Positions 1 to 10,474 of a stretch of DNA of 64,000 bases are shown here, in pieces. Position 1 is the stretch's first letter. The number at the start of each line of letters is the position of its first letter. The stretch comes from a candidate division WOR-3 bacterium (GTDB taxonomy: Bacteria; Hydrothermota; Hydrothermia; LBFQ01), in the NCBI GenBank assembly GCA_039802605.1, contig JBDRWW010000007.1, positions 14,350 to 78,349 on the forward strand. The letters run 5' to 3'. The translations under genes were made by a program, and so were the position numbers. The notes beneath the pieces were generated by a model. That model did not search any database. It saw nothing but the letters and a program-made list of their open reading frames with translations, and had not been told where the DNA came from.

Positions 1-167
1 AACAGGGTTAAGGATTGGTGAGATATACCCTCGGCACACTGAACCACCATCCCTACCTCGGGTTTCCTTTCAAGTAGCAGGACCTTTGCGCCCCCTTCTG
101 CTAACTTCTTGGCCGCCATTGAACCGGCAGGACCCGCACCCACTACTACGGCATCGTACTTTTCCAT
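1..167 (-). CDS. FAD-dependent oxidoreductase, geranylgeranyl-reductase family (5' part only, runs off the window edge)
   Basis: Manual translation from ATG at 167: [49 protein letters not shown]. It has a GxGxxG Rossmann motif and a CAEG motif typical of GGR-family enzymes. Confidence 0.8.
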   Translation of the reverse strand, partial: MEKYDAVVVGAGPAGSMAAKKLAEGGAKVLLLERKPEVGMVVQCAEGISHQSLTL

Positions 168-175
168 AATGGGAA

Positions 176-937
176 TTATACGCTTGAAAAGTCCTTTGGC
201 TTAAAGTTTTTTGGATTTAAAACCTTAACATCCTTGCCGTCCTTGTGCTTTAAAACGATAAGCCCCCTTTTGTTGGCATACCTATCCGCAAACTGATGGA
301 ACTTCATCCCCGCAACCGCACCGTACAACTTATAACCTTTGTACTCGGGGAAAAACTTTAAAAACCTCTTTTCCAACTCTTCAACAAACTCATCAACATC
401 ATCAACCCTTAATGTTGTCTTCACCTCCAAAACTATAACATAATCGTCGCCTAAAACAATGCCATCCACTTCCATATTGTCATCACCCTTTTCAACCTTC
501 ACATTTGACATAACCTTAAAACCTTTAAATCCCAACTTGCTTAACGCATACTTTAAACCCTCCCTTATTGTATCTTCCGTATAGTCTTGCCAAATGCCGT
601 TTAAATTTGCTACCGCTTTGGTTGTGTTCCTTACCTCTTCGGAAACTTTACTTATTTGAATACTTAACTTTTTTATTTGTTCATCCGTTTCAGCCTGTCT
701 CTCAGCAAGTTCTTTTATCTTTTTATCCGTTTCTTTCAGCATTTTATCAGTTTCCTCCTGTCTTTTTGCAAGGCTATCAACCAATTTCCTCGTTTCTTTT
801 AACATCTTATCCGTTTCCTCTTGGCTCTTTGCCAACCTGTCAAGCCTTTCGCCAACATCATCAAGCCTTCTACCAACATCATCAAGCCTTTTTCCCACCT
901 CTTTTAGTATCTCCCATATTTCTTTTGCATTCTCCAT
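176..937 (-). CDS. Coiled-coil repeat protein with C-terminal PD-(D/E)XK nuclease-like domain (DUF3782-like)
   Basis: Heptad repeats RLDDVG and (Q)EETDK, then EVDGIV...LEVK. Start placed at ATG 937 (MENAK), 9 nt after TATAAT. Confidence 0.75.
   Translation of the reverse strand: MENAKEIWEILKEVGKRLDDVGRRLDDVGERLDRLAKSQEETDKMLKETRKLVDSLAKRQEETDKMLKETDKKIKELAERQAETDEQIKKLSIQISKVSEEVRNTTKAVANLNGIWQDYTEDTIREGLKYALSKLGFKGFKVMSNVKVEKGDDNMEVDGIVLGDDYVIVLEVKTTLRVDDVDEFVEELEKRFLKFFPEYKGYKLYGAVAGMKFHQFADRYANKRGLIVLKHKDGKDVKVLNPKNFKPKDFSSV
840..899. repeat. Imperfect 21-bp tandem repeat (about 3 units) encoding coiled-coil heptads
   Basis: tcaagcctttcgccaacatca / tcaagccttctaccaacatca / tcaagcctttttcccacc. 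Confidence 0.8.
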
Positions 938-1001
938 ACAACGAGAATTATAAACCCGCAAAGGTGATTAAAACCTATAAAAACCGCGTTAAAATATACA
1001 C

Positions 1002-2618
1002 TTGAACCTTTTGGATTCCCTGTTTTTAATTGCCGGTATATCTTCACGGGATTTGGGATTCTATAAAGACATTTCGGATGAAACCCTTTTAAAACCGCCT
1101 CCGGTACTTCAATTCTTTGAAAAACCCTTAAAAATGTACGAATTTGGGGATACTTTGGTCGCACAATTGGGTGATTTTGATTTCAAAAAATTGTTAAATC
1201 TACCTTGGTGGGTAAGATTTTCGGAAACCAATGTTTCCAGCAGGATTACTTACAGGGATTCGTTTGTTGTGCACATAATGGATATTCTATACTGTCAAGA
1301 ATACTTTGAAAAAAGGGCTTTTTCAAAACTCAAGAGCGACTTTATTCAAAGGGTTAGGAGCTCAATTACACACATTTGGGATACGGTTGAAACATCGGAC
1401 ACCCTTTCAAAGGATGATTACAGAGTATTGGAAGAAGGGGTTAATTGGAACTTTTTGTTGAATTCCTTTAACTGCCTTTTGAAATTGGATACCACAAAGT
1501 TGAAACCTATACCCGATACGGGTATTTACATATATAAAACCGCTTTTGGCGATGTAGCCATTGGTGGTAATGGAAATAACATTTTTGAAGGAAACTATAA
1601 GGCTATAATAGACTTCGGCGGGGATGATAGGTATTATCTTGATAGTACGGTTTTGGTGGTAGATTTTTCGGGAAACGATTCGTATTACGGAAACATAGGC
1701 GGGGGTTTTATGGGTTCATCGGTTGTTTATGACTTTGAAGGCGATGATTTTTATAACTGTACGAATTACTCCTGCGGGAGCGGATTATTGGGTTTTGGTA
1801 TGATTTTTGATAAGTCTGGAAACGACATATATGCCGGAGGAATACATGTTATGGGTGCGGGTACTTTTGGTGGTGGTTTTCTCGTGGATATGCAAGGGGA
1901 TGATATTTATAAAGGGGTAATTTATGGGCAGGGTTTTGGTGGGCCTTTGGGCGTGGGGCTTTTATACGACAAAGGGGGGAACGATCTTTATACCATTGGG
2001 TACGGCCCTATACACGAACCCTTGTATAAATCCCAAAGGGAAGGGTTTGGACAGGGTTTTGGTTTTGGTATAAGGGAGGATTTGGGTGGAGGGTTTGGTA
2101 TTCTGCTTGACTTTTCCGGAAACGATGTTTATAACTCGGGAACTTTCGCACAAGGGGCATCTTATTGGTATGCTTTTGGTTTCCTTTACGATGGGGATGG
2201 GGATGATAGATATATTTGTACGCAATACTGCCAAGGTTCCGGGATACATTTATCTACGGCGCTTTTTAAGGATGTAGGGGGGAATGACATGTATTTTTCC
2301 TTCGGAGGTCCTTCCGTTGGCGCCGGACACGATTTATCCGTTGGTATTTTTTACGATTCTACGGGAAACGATTTTTATAGGACGCACTCCGGTATTGGTT
2401 TGGGTTGGACGAATTCCGTAGGCATTTTTATAGACCTTATGGGTGATGATACATATTCCGTTATAGGGTGCGATTATTCCTTTGGTGGGGCAAATGTTGA
2501 GAGGGAAATGGGTGGAATTGGTATATTTTTGGATGGAGAAGGGAAAGACTCTTACAACTGTAATGTTAAAAAGGGTTTTTGGGTTAAAGGTCAATGGGGT
2601 TTTGGTTGGGATAGGTAG
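1002..2618 (+). CDS. Hypothetical protein with Gly-rich D-x-x-G-(N/D)-D-x-Y repeats (putative beta-roll/solenoid)
   Basis: Many DxxGxDxY...QGxG repeats. Paralog of 7678..9330. TTG start. Confidence 0.75.
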   Translation: MNLLDSLFLIAGISSRDLGFYKDISDETLLKPPPVLQFFEKPLKMYEFGDTLVAQLGDFDFKKLLNLPWWVRFSETNVSSRITYRDSFVVHIMDILYCQEYFEKRAFSKLKSDFIQRVRSSITHIWDTVETSDTLSKDDYRVLEEGVNWNFLLNSFNCLLKLDTTKLKPIPDTGIYIYKTAFGDVAIGGNGNNIFEGNYKAIIDFGGDDRYYLDSTVLVVDFSGNDSYYGNIGGGFMGSSVVYDFEGDDFYNCTNYSCGSGLLGFGMIFDKSGNDIYAGGIHVMGAGTFGGGFLVDMQGDDIYKGVIYGQGFGGPLGVGLLYDKGGNDLYTIGYGPIHEPLYKSQREGFGQGFGFGIREDLGGGFGILLDFSGNDVYNSGTFAQGASYWYAFGFLYDGDGDDRYICTQYCQGSGIHLSTALFKDVGGNDMYFSFGGPSVGAGHDLSVGIFYDSTGNDFYRTHSGIGLGWTNSVGIFIDLMGDDTYSVIGCDYSFGGANVEREMGGIGIFLDGEGKDSYNCNVKKGFWVKGQWGFGWDR

Positions 2619-4048
2619 GGTTTTACTTTATCTTCCACTTCCCTCAACCTTTTAACAACCCTGTTTTTGCCGAGGTATTCCAACATATGGAACAAACTCG
2701 GGCCAACGGAAACCCCCGATACCGCTACCCTTACGGCATGAATTAATAGCGCGTGCTTTGCACCTATTTCGTCGGCATATCCCCTTAAAACCCCTTCTAT
2801 CCTTTCAAATTTCCAATCATCAATTTCCTCAAATCTATTTGCCAACTCCCGTAAGTATTGGAATATGTTCTCATGCGACAACCTTTTCCTTATGGCATCC
2901 GGATCGTAAGGAAAATCATCCCTATATACAAAAACCCCATACTCAAAGAAATCCCTTAATGTCTTTACCCTTTCCTTAAAGAGTTTTACCAGTATGGGTA
3001 TGTAATCCTCATCTACATCGTACCCCTCACCCTGGGCCTTTAAATATTCGTTGTAATCTTTTATCTCCCTCACGAGGGTTTCGTCATCCCTCATCCTTAT
3101 ATACTCCGAGTTCATCCATAAAAGTTTTTGATGGTCGAAGACCGCGGGACTTTTATTAACATTTGTGATCTCAAACAGTTTGATCATCTCATCCTTGCTT
3201 ATGATTTCTCTATTGTCACCCGGAGACCATCCCAACAAAACCAAATAGTTGAAAAGGGCATCGGGTAATATACCCTGATTCCTAAACTCTTCAAGGGATG
3301 TTGCGCCGTGCCTCTTTGAGAGTTTTTGCCTATCCGGACCCAAAATCATCGACAGATGCGCGAATTTTGGTATTTCCCAACCAAATGCCTGGTAAATCAA
3401 TATCTGCTTTGGGGTATTGGCCAAATGGTCATCCCCCCTTATAACATGCGTTATACCCATAAGGTGATCATCTATTACAACCGCAAAGTTGTATGTTGGA
3501 AAGCCGTCCGAACGGACTATTATAAAATCCCCTCCCAAATCCTTGGTATTATAAGTTACCTTTCCGCGAACCAAGTCTTCAAAGGTTATATCCATATAGT
3601 CGGGCATCTTAAACCTTATAGAAAATGGCTTTCCTTCCTTTAAGTTTTTTTCTATTTCTTCCGGGCTCAACCTCAAACATTTCCGCGAATACCTGTAAGG
3701 CTTTTTCATCATCTCCGCCAACTTCCTCTCCTCTTCCAACTCCTCCTCCGTGCAAAAACACCTATAAGCATGCCCCATATCTATTAACCTTTGGGCGTGT
3801 TCTTTATAAATATCAAGCCTTTGGCTTTGATAAACTTCCGGTTCATCCCACTCCACACCCAACCACCTTAAACCCTCTATAATCCCCAGAACCCACTCCT
3901 CTTTAAACCTGCTCCTGTCGGTATCCTCTATTCGCAAGAGAAATTTCCCCTTTTTTGCCCTCGCATAAAGGTAGTTATAAATACAAGTCCTCGCACCTCC
4001 CACATGCAAAAACCCCGTGGGACTTGGGGCAAACCTCGTTTTAACCAT
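2591..4048 (-). CDS. gltX: Glutamate--tRNA ligase
   Basis: RFAPSPTGFLHVGG (HIGH-like), LRIEDTD, KLSKR (KMSKS-like). Confidence 0.97.
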   Translation of the reverse strand: MVKTRFAPSPTGFLHVGGARTCIYNYLYARAKKGKFLLRIEDTDRSRFKEEWVLGIIEGLRWLGVEWDEPEVYQSQRLDIYKEHAQRLIDMGHAYRCFCTEEELEEERKLAEMMKKPYRYSRKCLRLSPEEIEKNLKEGKPFSIRFKMPDYMDITFEDLVRGKVTYNTKDLGGDFIIVRSDGFPTYNFAVVIDDHLMGITHVIRGDDHLANTPKQILIYQAFGWEIPKFAHLSMILGPDRQKLSKRHGATSLEEFRNQGILPDALFNYLVLLGWSPGDNREIISKDEMIKLFEITNVNKSPAVFDHQKLLWMNSEYIRMRDDETLVREIKDYNEYLKAQGEGYDVDEDYIPILVKLFKERVKTLRDFFEYGVFVYRDDFPYDPDAIRKRLSHENIFQYLRELANRFEEIDDWKFERIEGVLRGYADEIGAKHALLIHAVRVAVSGVSVGPSLFHMLEYLGKNRVVKRLREVEDKVKPYLSQPKPH

Positions 4049-4089
4049 AGGCGTTTATTCTACACCCGTTCAGCCGTAGAATATCAACT

Positions 4090-5439
4090 ATGACTGCGGT
4101 TGAAAGGCCGGAAATAAAGACGGAGTTGCCAGGACCGAGGGCAAGGGAGATTCTGAAAAAGCATAGAAAGTACATTTCGCCCTCTTATCCGAGGGCTTAT
4201 GATTTGGTGGCGGAGAGGGCTAGCGGCGTATGGGTTTGGGATGTGGATGGGAATAAGTTCTTGGATATGGTGGCGGGTGTGGCCGTTAATTCAACCGGGC
4301 ATTCCCATCCCAAAGTGGTAGAGGCGGCAAAGGAAATGCTTGAAAAACTCATACATATAAGCACGGACTTCTATCACGAAAAGGAGGCCCTATTGGCGGA
4401 AAAACTTTCATCAATATTTCCCGCAAAGGGTAATAATATGGTATTTTTCACAAATTCGGGAACGGAATCAAACGAAGGGGCATTAAAACTTGCAAAATTC
4501 ACCACAAAAAGGATATACATCTTGGCCTTTGAAGGGGCATTTCACGGCAGAACCTACGCATCAATGTCCGTAAGCGCATCAAAAACCTTGCACAAAAGAT
4601 ACTTCGGCCCGCTTATGCCCGGCGTGTTCTTTGTACCCTTCCCAAACGCTTACAGACCGCCTTTTAACGCACCACCCGAAAGGGCTTCTGATCAACTCAT
4701 AGACTATATTGAAAATGTTGTGTTTCAAAGGATAGTACCGCCGGAAGAGGTTGCGGCCTTCATATTTGAACCCATACAGGGTGAGGGTGGTTATGTGTTC
4801 CCCCTTGAAGACTTCTTCCCAAAACTTAGAAAATTGGCCGATAAATACGGCTTTCTACTCATAGACGACGAGGTTCAGGCCGGATTGGGGAGAACTGGTA
4901 AATGGTTTGCCATTGAGCATTACAACACTATACCCGACATTATTACGATAGCAAAGGGTATAGCATCGGGAATACCCATGGGGGTGTTTATATCTAAGGA
5001 AGGGTTAATGGACAAGTGGCCTATGGGTGCCCACGCCAACACATTTGGCGGGAATCCCGTTGCGGCGGCTGCGGCTTTGGCCACATTGGAACTCATAGAA
5101 AACGAACTTATGGAAAACGCCCGTAAGGTTGGCGAGTATTACCTCATGAAACTAAAAGAATTACAAAAGGAATTTGAAGAGATGGGCGATGTTAGGGGTA
5201 AGGGTTTGATGATAGGTATAGAATTTGTTAAGAACAGGGAAACCAAGGAGTATTACCCGGAGTTTAGGGATAGGGTGGTTTTAAAGGCCTTCCATAAGGG
5301 TGTGTTGTTCTTGGGGTGTGGTCCCTCCACTATGAGAATAGTCCCTCCCTTAATAATTACCAAGGAGCATGTGGATATTGCGGTTGATGTACTCGCAGAA
5401 TCTATAAGGGAAACGAGGGAGGAATTGGCCAAGAGTTGA
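4090..5439 (+). CDS. Class III PLP-dependent aminotransferase (4-aminobutyrate/acetylornithine aminotransferase family)
   Basis: NSGTE, FHGRT, EPIQGEGG, DEVQAGLGRTG, AKG lysine, HANTFGGNP. Confidence 0.92.
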   Translation: MTAVERPEIKTELPGPRAREILKKHRKYISPSYPRAYDLVAERASGVWVWDVDGNKFLDMVAGVAVNSTGHSHPKVVEAAKEMLEKLIHISTDFYHEKEALLAEKLSSIFPAKGNNMVFFTNSGTESNEGALKLAKFTTKRIYILAFEGAFHGRTYASMSVSASKTLHKRYFGPLMPGVFFVPFPNAYRPPFNAPPERASDQLIDYIENVVFQRIVPPEEVAAFIFEPIQGEGGYVFPLEDFFPKLRKLADKYGFLLIDDEVQAGLGRTGKWFAIEHYNTIPDIITIAKGIASGIPMGVFISKEGLMDKWPMGAHANTFGGNPVAAAAALATLELIENELMENARKVGEYYLMKLKELQKEFEEMGDVRGKGLMIGIEFVKNRETKEYYPEFRDRVVLKAFHKGVLFLGCGPSTMRIVPPLIITKEHVDIAVDVLAESIRETREELAKS

Positions 5440-6383
5440 ACGAACTGGATATAAGACCCAAAAGGCTAAGGGATTTTGTAGGTCAAAGGCAAGTGGTTGA
5501 AAATTTAAAGGTTTTTATAGAGGCGGCAAAAAAACGCGGGGATGCCGTCGAACACATCCTTTTGATAGGACCCCCCGGACTTGGGAAAACCACCTTGGCC
5601 ACAATAATAGCAAACGAAATGGGTGTGCAGATGAAAGCCACAACAGGCCCTTCCTTGGAAAGACCGGCGGATTTAGCGGGTATATTAACCTCTTTACCTC
5701 CCAAAGGAATCCTTTTCATAGACGAGATCCACAGGATCCCCAAGCCCGTTGAGGAATACCTTTACACGGCCATGGAGGATTTTTACATAGATGTCATAGT
5801 TGATAAGGGTCCGGGTGCAAAAACATTGCGGCTTCATTTACCAAAATTTACCCTAATAGGGGCGACAACCCGTATGGGATTGTTATCAAAACCCTTGCTA
5901 AGCAGGTTTGGAATAGTTTTGAGACTTGATTATTACTCTCCCGAAGAAATAGTTCAAATACTCAAAAGGAGTGCGGATATTTTGGATGTTAAGGCTGAGG
6001 AAGGGGCACTTATTGAGATAGCCAAGAGGTCAAGGGGAACCCCAAGGATAGCAAACAACCTTCTAAAAAGGGTTAGGGACTTTTTGCATGTAAGGGGTGG
6101 AGATGTTATTACGAGAGAAATGGCAATAGAGGCATTAGAAAAGATGGGTATAGATGAACTCGGATTAAACGAAGAAGATTTAAGGTATTTAAGGGCGTTG
6201 TTTGAAAAGTTTAGGGGGGGGCCTGTTGGGTTAAAAACCCTTTCGGCAGCCTTATCCGAAGACGAAGGGACACTGGAAGAAGTTATAGAACCCTACCTTT
6301 TGAGGATGGGATTAATAGAAAAAACGCCGAGGGGAAGGGTTTTAACATTGAAGGGTGTGGAACATATAGGCAAACGGGTTTAG
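5436..6383 (+). CDS. ruvB: Holliday junction branch migration helicase RuvB
   Basis: RP..L.DFVGQ, GPPGLGKTT, FIDEIHR, RGTPRIAN, GGPVG, EPYL. Confidence 0.97.
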   Translation: MNELDIRPKRLRDFVGQRQVVENLKVFIEAAKKRGDAVEHILLIGPPGLGKTTLATIIANEMGVQMKATTGPSLERPADLAGILTSLPPKGILFIDEIHRIPKPVEEYLYTAMEDFYIDVIVDKGPGAKTLRLHLPKFTLIGATTRMGLLSKPLLSRFGIVLRLDYYSPEEIVQILKRSADILDVKAEEGALIEIAKRSRGTPRIANNLLKRVRDFLHVRGGDVITREMAIEALEKMGIDELGLNEEDLRYLRALFEKFRGGPVGLKTLSAALSEDEGTLEEVIEPYLLRMGLIEKTPRGRVLTLKGVEHIGKRV

Positions 6384-6395
6384 AATTTCCGGATT

Positions 6396-7361
6396 ATGGA
6401 TACCTTGCTACAAAACATCCTAAACCCACCCATTTTGATGTTTTTTATGGGTTTAATCGCATCGTTGCTGAAAACCGACTTGGAATTTCCCCAACCACTT
6501 CCAAAACTCTTTTCCCTTTACCTCCTCATTTCAATAGGCCTTCAAGGTGGGTACAAACTATCGCATAGCGGACTGGATATAAATGCCGTTAAGGTTTTAA
6601 GTTTGGCGGTATTTATGGCCACTTTGGTTCCATTATACACCTTTTTCATACTTAGGAGAAAAATGGATATATATAACGCCGTGGCAATAGCCGCAACATA
6701 CGGTTCCATAAGTGCGGTAACTTTTGTCACGGCTGTATCATTTTTGGAAACAATTAAAGAGGGTTTTGGGGGTTATATGGTTGCCGCCATGACCCTTATG
6801 GAATCGCCGGCTATAGTCGTAGGTCTGATACTACTCAGGATATTTAGGGATAGGAACAATGACAATGGCATCAATTGGGGTGAAGTTTTAAAGGAAGCGT
6901 TTTTAAACCCCTCGGTCTTTATACTTTTGGGTACATTAATAATCGGATTTGTTGTTGGGGAAAAGGGTTGGGAATCGGTAAAACCCCTATTCGGCGATTT
7001 GTTTAGGGGTTTTTTGGCCCTTTTCCTGTTAGATATGGGTATTGTTGCCGGTAGAAGGTTTTGGGATATAAAAAATATGGGATTTTTCTTAATAGCGTTT
7101 GCCATACTGATCCCCCTGACAAATGCCTTTATTTCCATAGGTTTAGCAAAACTGTTTGGTTTTTCAAAGGGTGATGCCCTGTTATATTCCGTTCTCTGCG
7201 CGAGCGCATCGTATATAGCCGTACCCGCCGCAATGAGGCTATCCGTTCCCGAGGCAAATCCGAGTATATATGTAACTATGTCCTTGGCAATAACATTCCC
7301 CTTTAACATAATCGTGGGAATACCTCTTTACTACCATATAATTAACATCTTATGGGGGTGA
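6396..7361 (+). CDS. sbtA: Sodium-dependent bicarbonate transport family permease SbtA
   Basis: Multi-TM protein with YGSISAVTF, MESPAI, LLDMG, SASYIAVPAAMR and TFPFN motifs. Followed by a PII-like gene. Confidence 0.9.
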   Translation: MDTLLQNILNPPILMFFMGLIASLLKTDLEFPQPLPKLFSLYLLISIGLQGGYKLSHSGLDINAVKVLSLAVFMATLVPLYTFFILRRKMDIYNAVAIAATYGSISAVTFVTAVSFLETIKEGFGGYMVAAMTLMESPAIVVGLILLRIFRDRNNDNGINWGEVLKEAFLNPSVFILLGTLIIGFVVGEKGWESVKPLFGDLFRGFLALFLLDMGIVAGRRFWDIKNMGFFLIAFAILIPLTNAFISIGLAKLFGFSKGDALLYSVLCASASYIAVPAAMRLSVPEANPSIYVTMSLAITFPFNIIVGIPLYYHIINILWG

Positions 7362-7364
7362 GAA

Positions 7365-7658
7365 ATGAAAGAGATGAAGAAAGTAGAAATAGTTATTGAT
7401 AGTCTCCATATACATAGAGTTGTTGAAATCCTTGAAAGCAACGGCGTTTCCGGCTACACTATAATAAAGGATGCTCAGGGGAAGGGGGAAAGGGGTATTA
7501 TGGCTGGGGATGAGCTAACGGATGTTTTTAAAAACAGCTATATATTTACGGTTTGCAATGTAGAAAAGGCTATAAAAATAGCCGAAGCCATAAAACCCCT
7601 ACTGAAAAAAGTGGGTGGTATATGCATCATTTCGGATGTCCTTTGGGTATCACATTAA
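7365..7658 (+). CDS. sbtB: PII-like regulator SbtB
   Basis: MKKVEIVI...GVSGYTII...GKGERG PII fold. Directly downstream of sbtA. Confidence 0.85.
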   Translation: MKEMKKVEIVIDSLHIHRVVEILESNGVSGYTIIKDAQGKGERGIMAGDELTDVFKNSYIFTVCNVEKAIKIAEAIKPLLKKVGGICIISDVLWVSH

Positions 7659-7677
7659 ACCCGCTTAAAATTCTTAG

Positions 7678-9330
7678 ATGTTATTGGGTTCGGGAGTATT
7701 TGTAATACCCTTGTACGCAATAGATTTTTGGGGTGGTACAAAACCCCCTTTACCCATATTCAATATGGCATTCTCTAATCCAAACCATTTGTATAACCTC
7801 GCCCATTCCATAGCCTTGAAGTATTCTAAGGAAACTACGGATGTTTTCACCACCTGTGCCCTTTTATCCAAGCTATCTGGAAGCAACATCAGGGCCGGTT
7901 TAATATCCGATGTTTATGAAGAAACCGTAAGAGATATAACGGGTGATAATCCCTTGGGAAAATTCATATTTGATAACAACCCAAAACTTTCGCAAAGTAT
8001 TAGGGATTCCTTGCAAATGATTCCATCATTTGTACCAAAGGGCATAAACAGAATAATAACGGCCATTTTAAAGGTTTATCTGTCCATAAGGATGGAACCT
8101 CCAAGGGATTGGAGGGCATATGTTTGGGATAGTTTATCCATAGAAAATAAAGTAGCCTTTGAAGATAGGTTTTCATCCTTTGACATTGAAAAAACATCCT
8201 TTGCCTTTCAGGTTATGTGTGTTCTATTAGATTCCTTAAAAGTGGAGGTTAATAAGAGGGGCAAAAACATAAAGAGTTTTTATTTACCAACCCCATACGG
8301 GTATATATCCTTTGGATCGGAAAACCCAGACAGTTTTCCAAATTCTTTAATCGTCGTTGATGCCGGTGGGGACGATGTTTATAACGATGTTAAAATAGGT
8401 TTAGACATCGATGGAAACGATGTATATCTCGGGAATGTGGGTTTTGGGATTTTTGATATATCCGCTTTTATTGATTTATTCGGAAACGATACATATAAGG
8501 GGGATTATTTGGGAAGTGGGTTCTTTGGGTACGGCTTGCTTTGGGATTCCGAAGGGAACGATATATATAGGTGTAAGGTTTTTTGTTTGGGTGCGGGTTA
8601 TAAGGGTGGCGGTATGTTGGTTGATTTAGAGGGGAAAGACGAGTATTACGCCATATCAAAGGCTCAGGGTTTTGGATGGGTGGGGGGTGTTGGGATACTC
8701 GTGGATGCCGAAGGGGATGATGTCTATAAATTGGAAGACAGCGCCATTGTTTTTCCATCACCGCAAAGCCCAAAGCATAACACGAGTTTGGGGCAAGGTA
8801 TGGGATTTGGTGAGAGGAGGGATTTTTATAACGGCAAATCTTTGGGTGGAGGTTTGGGAATGCTCGTGGATATAAATGGAGACGATAGATATTATTCGCA
8901 TGTGTTTTCACAGGGTTCGGGGTATTGGTTGGGTATAGGTGTCCTTTACGATGGCGGTGGAAACGATGCGTATTCGGGAGTATGGTATTCACAAGGTGCA
9001 TCCGCCCATTTTGGGATAGGTGCCCTTTACGATTTAAAGGGGGATGATGTTTATTTCTCTTCAATATCGACATCCCAAGGTGTGGGACATGACTTTTCAT
9101 ATGGGATACTATTTGACGGCGAGGGAAGGGATACATATACTTGTGGAAATCTATGCCTAGGGAGTGGAAACGCGCAAGGTGTGGGTGTTTTTTGGGATAT
9201 GGATGGAAATATGAAGGTAAATTTAAATGGAAGGGGTATGGGTACCGAAAATCCCGCGGTTGATAGCACCAGTTTCAGGGCTTCTTTCCCAACAAAAGGG
9301 TTTGTGTGTAAGGGTAAAACTTGCCCTTAA
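7678..9330 (+). CDS. Hypothetical protein with Gly-rich D-x-x-G-x-D-x-Y repeats (paralog of 1002..2618)
   Basis: Same repeat architecture; shares motifs such as GQGxGFGxR, QGxxYW and GxGHDxS. Confidence 0.75.
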   Translation: MLLGSGVFVIPLYAIDFWGGTKPPLPIFNMAFSNPNHLYNLAHSIALKYSKETTDVFTTCALLSKLSGSNIRAGLISDVYEETVRDITGDNPLGKFIFDNNPKLSQSIRDSLQMIPSFVPKGINRIITAILKVYLSIRMEPPRDWRAYVWDSLSIENKVAFEDRFSSFDIEKTSFAFQVMCVLLDSLKVEVNKRGKNIKSFYLPTPYGYISFGSENPDSFPNSLIVVDAGGDDVYNDVKIGLDIDGNDVYLGNVGFGIFDISAFIDLFGNDTYKGDYLGSGFFGYGLLWDSEGNDIYRCKVFCLGAGYKGGGMLVDLEGKDEYYAISKAQGFGWVGGVGILVDAEGDDVYKLEDSAIVFPSPQSPKHNTSLGQGMGFGERRDFYNGKSLGGGLGMLVDINGDDRYYSHVFSQGSGYWLGIGVLYDGGGNDAYSGVWYSQGASAHFGIGALYDLKGDDVYFSSISTSQGVGHDFSYGILFDGEGRDTYTCGNLCLGSGNAQGVGVFWDMDGNMKVNLNGRGMGTENPAVDSTSFRASFPTKGFVCKGKTCP

Positions 9331-9355
9331 ATAATCAAGCATATAATACCCGGCT

Positions 9356-10471
9356 ATGGCAAAGGACAAAATCCGTGTTGCTATAATAGGTGTGGGGAAT
9401 TGCGCATCTTCATTGGTTCAGGGGGTTTATTATTATAGGAATGCAAAGCCCGGTGAGTTTATACCCGGCATAATGCATGTTGAATTGGGGGGATATCACA
9501 TAAGCGATATAGAATTTGTGGCTGGTGTGGATATTGATGCGAGAAAGGTTGGTAAGGACCTATCCGAAGCCATATTTGCCCCTCCTAACAATACATATAA
9601 ATTTACGGATGTACCCAAGTTGAACGCCAAGGTTTATAGGGGCATGACACATGACGGCATAGGTAAGTACCTTGCGGATGTTATAGTAAAGGCACCCGGA
9701 CCCACTGACGATATAGCAAAGATTTTTAAGGATTTGGGTGTTGATGTGGTTGTGAATTTCCTACCCGTGGGGAGCGAAGAGGCTACAAAATGGTATGTTG
9801 AACAGGTTATAGCGGCTGGTGCCGCCTTTGTAAACGGAATACCGGTATTTATAGCATCATCGGAGTATTGGAGTAAAAGGTTTGAGGATGCGGGTCTTCC
9901 CGTAATAGGCGATGACATAAAATCCCAAGTTGGGGCAACAATCCTTCACAGAACATTGGTTCAACTATTTATAGACAGGGGTGTTAAACTTGAAAGGACA
10001 TACCAGATAAACTTCGGCGGTAATACGGACTTCCTCAATATGCTTGAAAGGGAAAGATTGAACTCAAAGAAAATATCAAAAACAAACGCCGTAAAATCGT
10101 TATTGCCTTACGATATAGGCGACGAAAACATACATATAGGCCCTTCGGATTACATCCCTTGGCTTAAAGACAGGAAATGGTGCTATATTAGGATGGAAGG
10201 AAAGACATTTGGAGATGTCCCGCTAAATATAGAGGCAAAACTTGAAGTTTGGGATAGTCCCAATTCGGCGGGTGTTATGATAGATGCCATTAGGTGCGCG
10301 AAACTTGCAAAGGATAACGGCTTAAAGGGTGCAATACTTGAACCTTCTATGTACTTTATGAAAACCCCACCAAAGCAGGTACCCGATTGGAAGGCAAAGC
10401 AGCTTTTGGAAGAGTGGATACAAAGGTACTCAATAAAGGATAAAAAGAACAAGGAAAAGAAAGAAGGGTAA
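9356..10471 (+). CDS. ino1: myo-inositol-1-phosphate synthase
   Basis: [42 protein letters not shown]. Confidence 0.96.
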   Translation: MAKDKIRVAIIGVGNCASSLVQGVYYYRNAKPGEFIPGIMHVELGGYHISDIEFVAGVDIDARKVGKDLSEAIFAPPNNTYKFTDVPKLNAKVYRGMTHDGIGKYLADVIVKAPGPTDDIAKIFKDLGVDVVVNFLPVGSEEATKWYVEQVIAAGAAFVNGIPVFIASSEYWSKRFEDAGLPVIGDDIKSQVGATILHRTLVQLFIDRGVKLERTYQINFGGNTDFLNMLERERLNSKKISKTNAVKSLLPYDIGDENIHIGPSDYIPWLKDRKWCYIRMEGKTFGDVPLNIEAKLEVWDSPNSAGVMIDAIRCAKLAKDNGLKGAILEPSMYFMKTPPKQVPDWKAKQLLEEWIQRYSIKDKKNKEKKEG

Positions 10472-10474
10472 AGT

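Noticed and set aside
6214..6221. G8 homopolymer in ruvB as a phase-variation tract
   Set aside because: It encodes part of the conserved RGGPVG motif, the frame is intact, and G/C runs are common in this genome.
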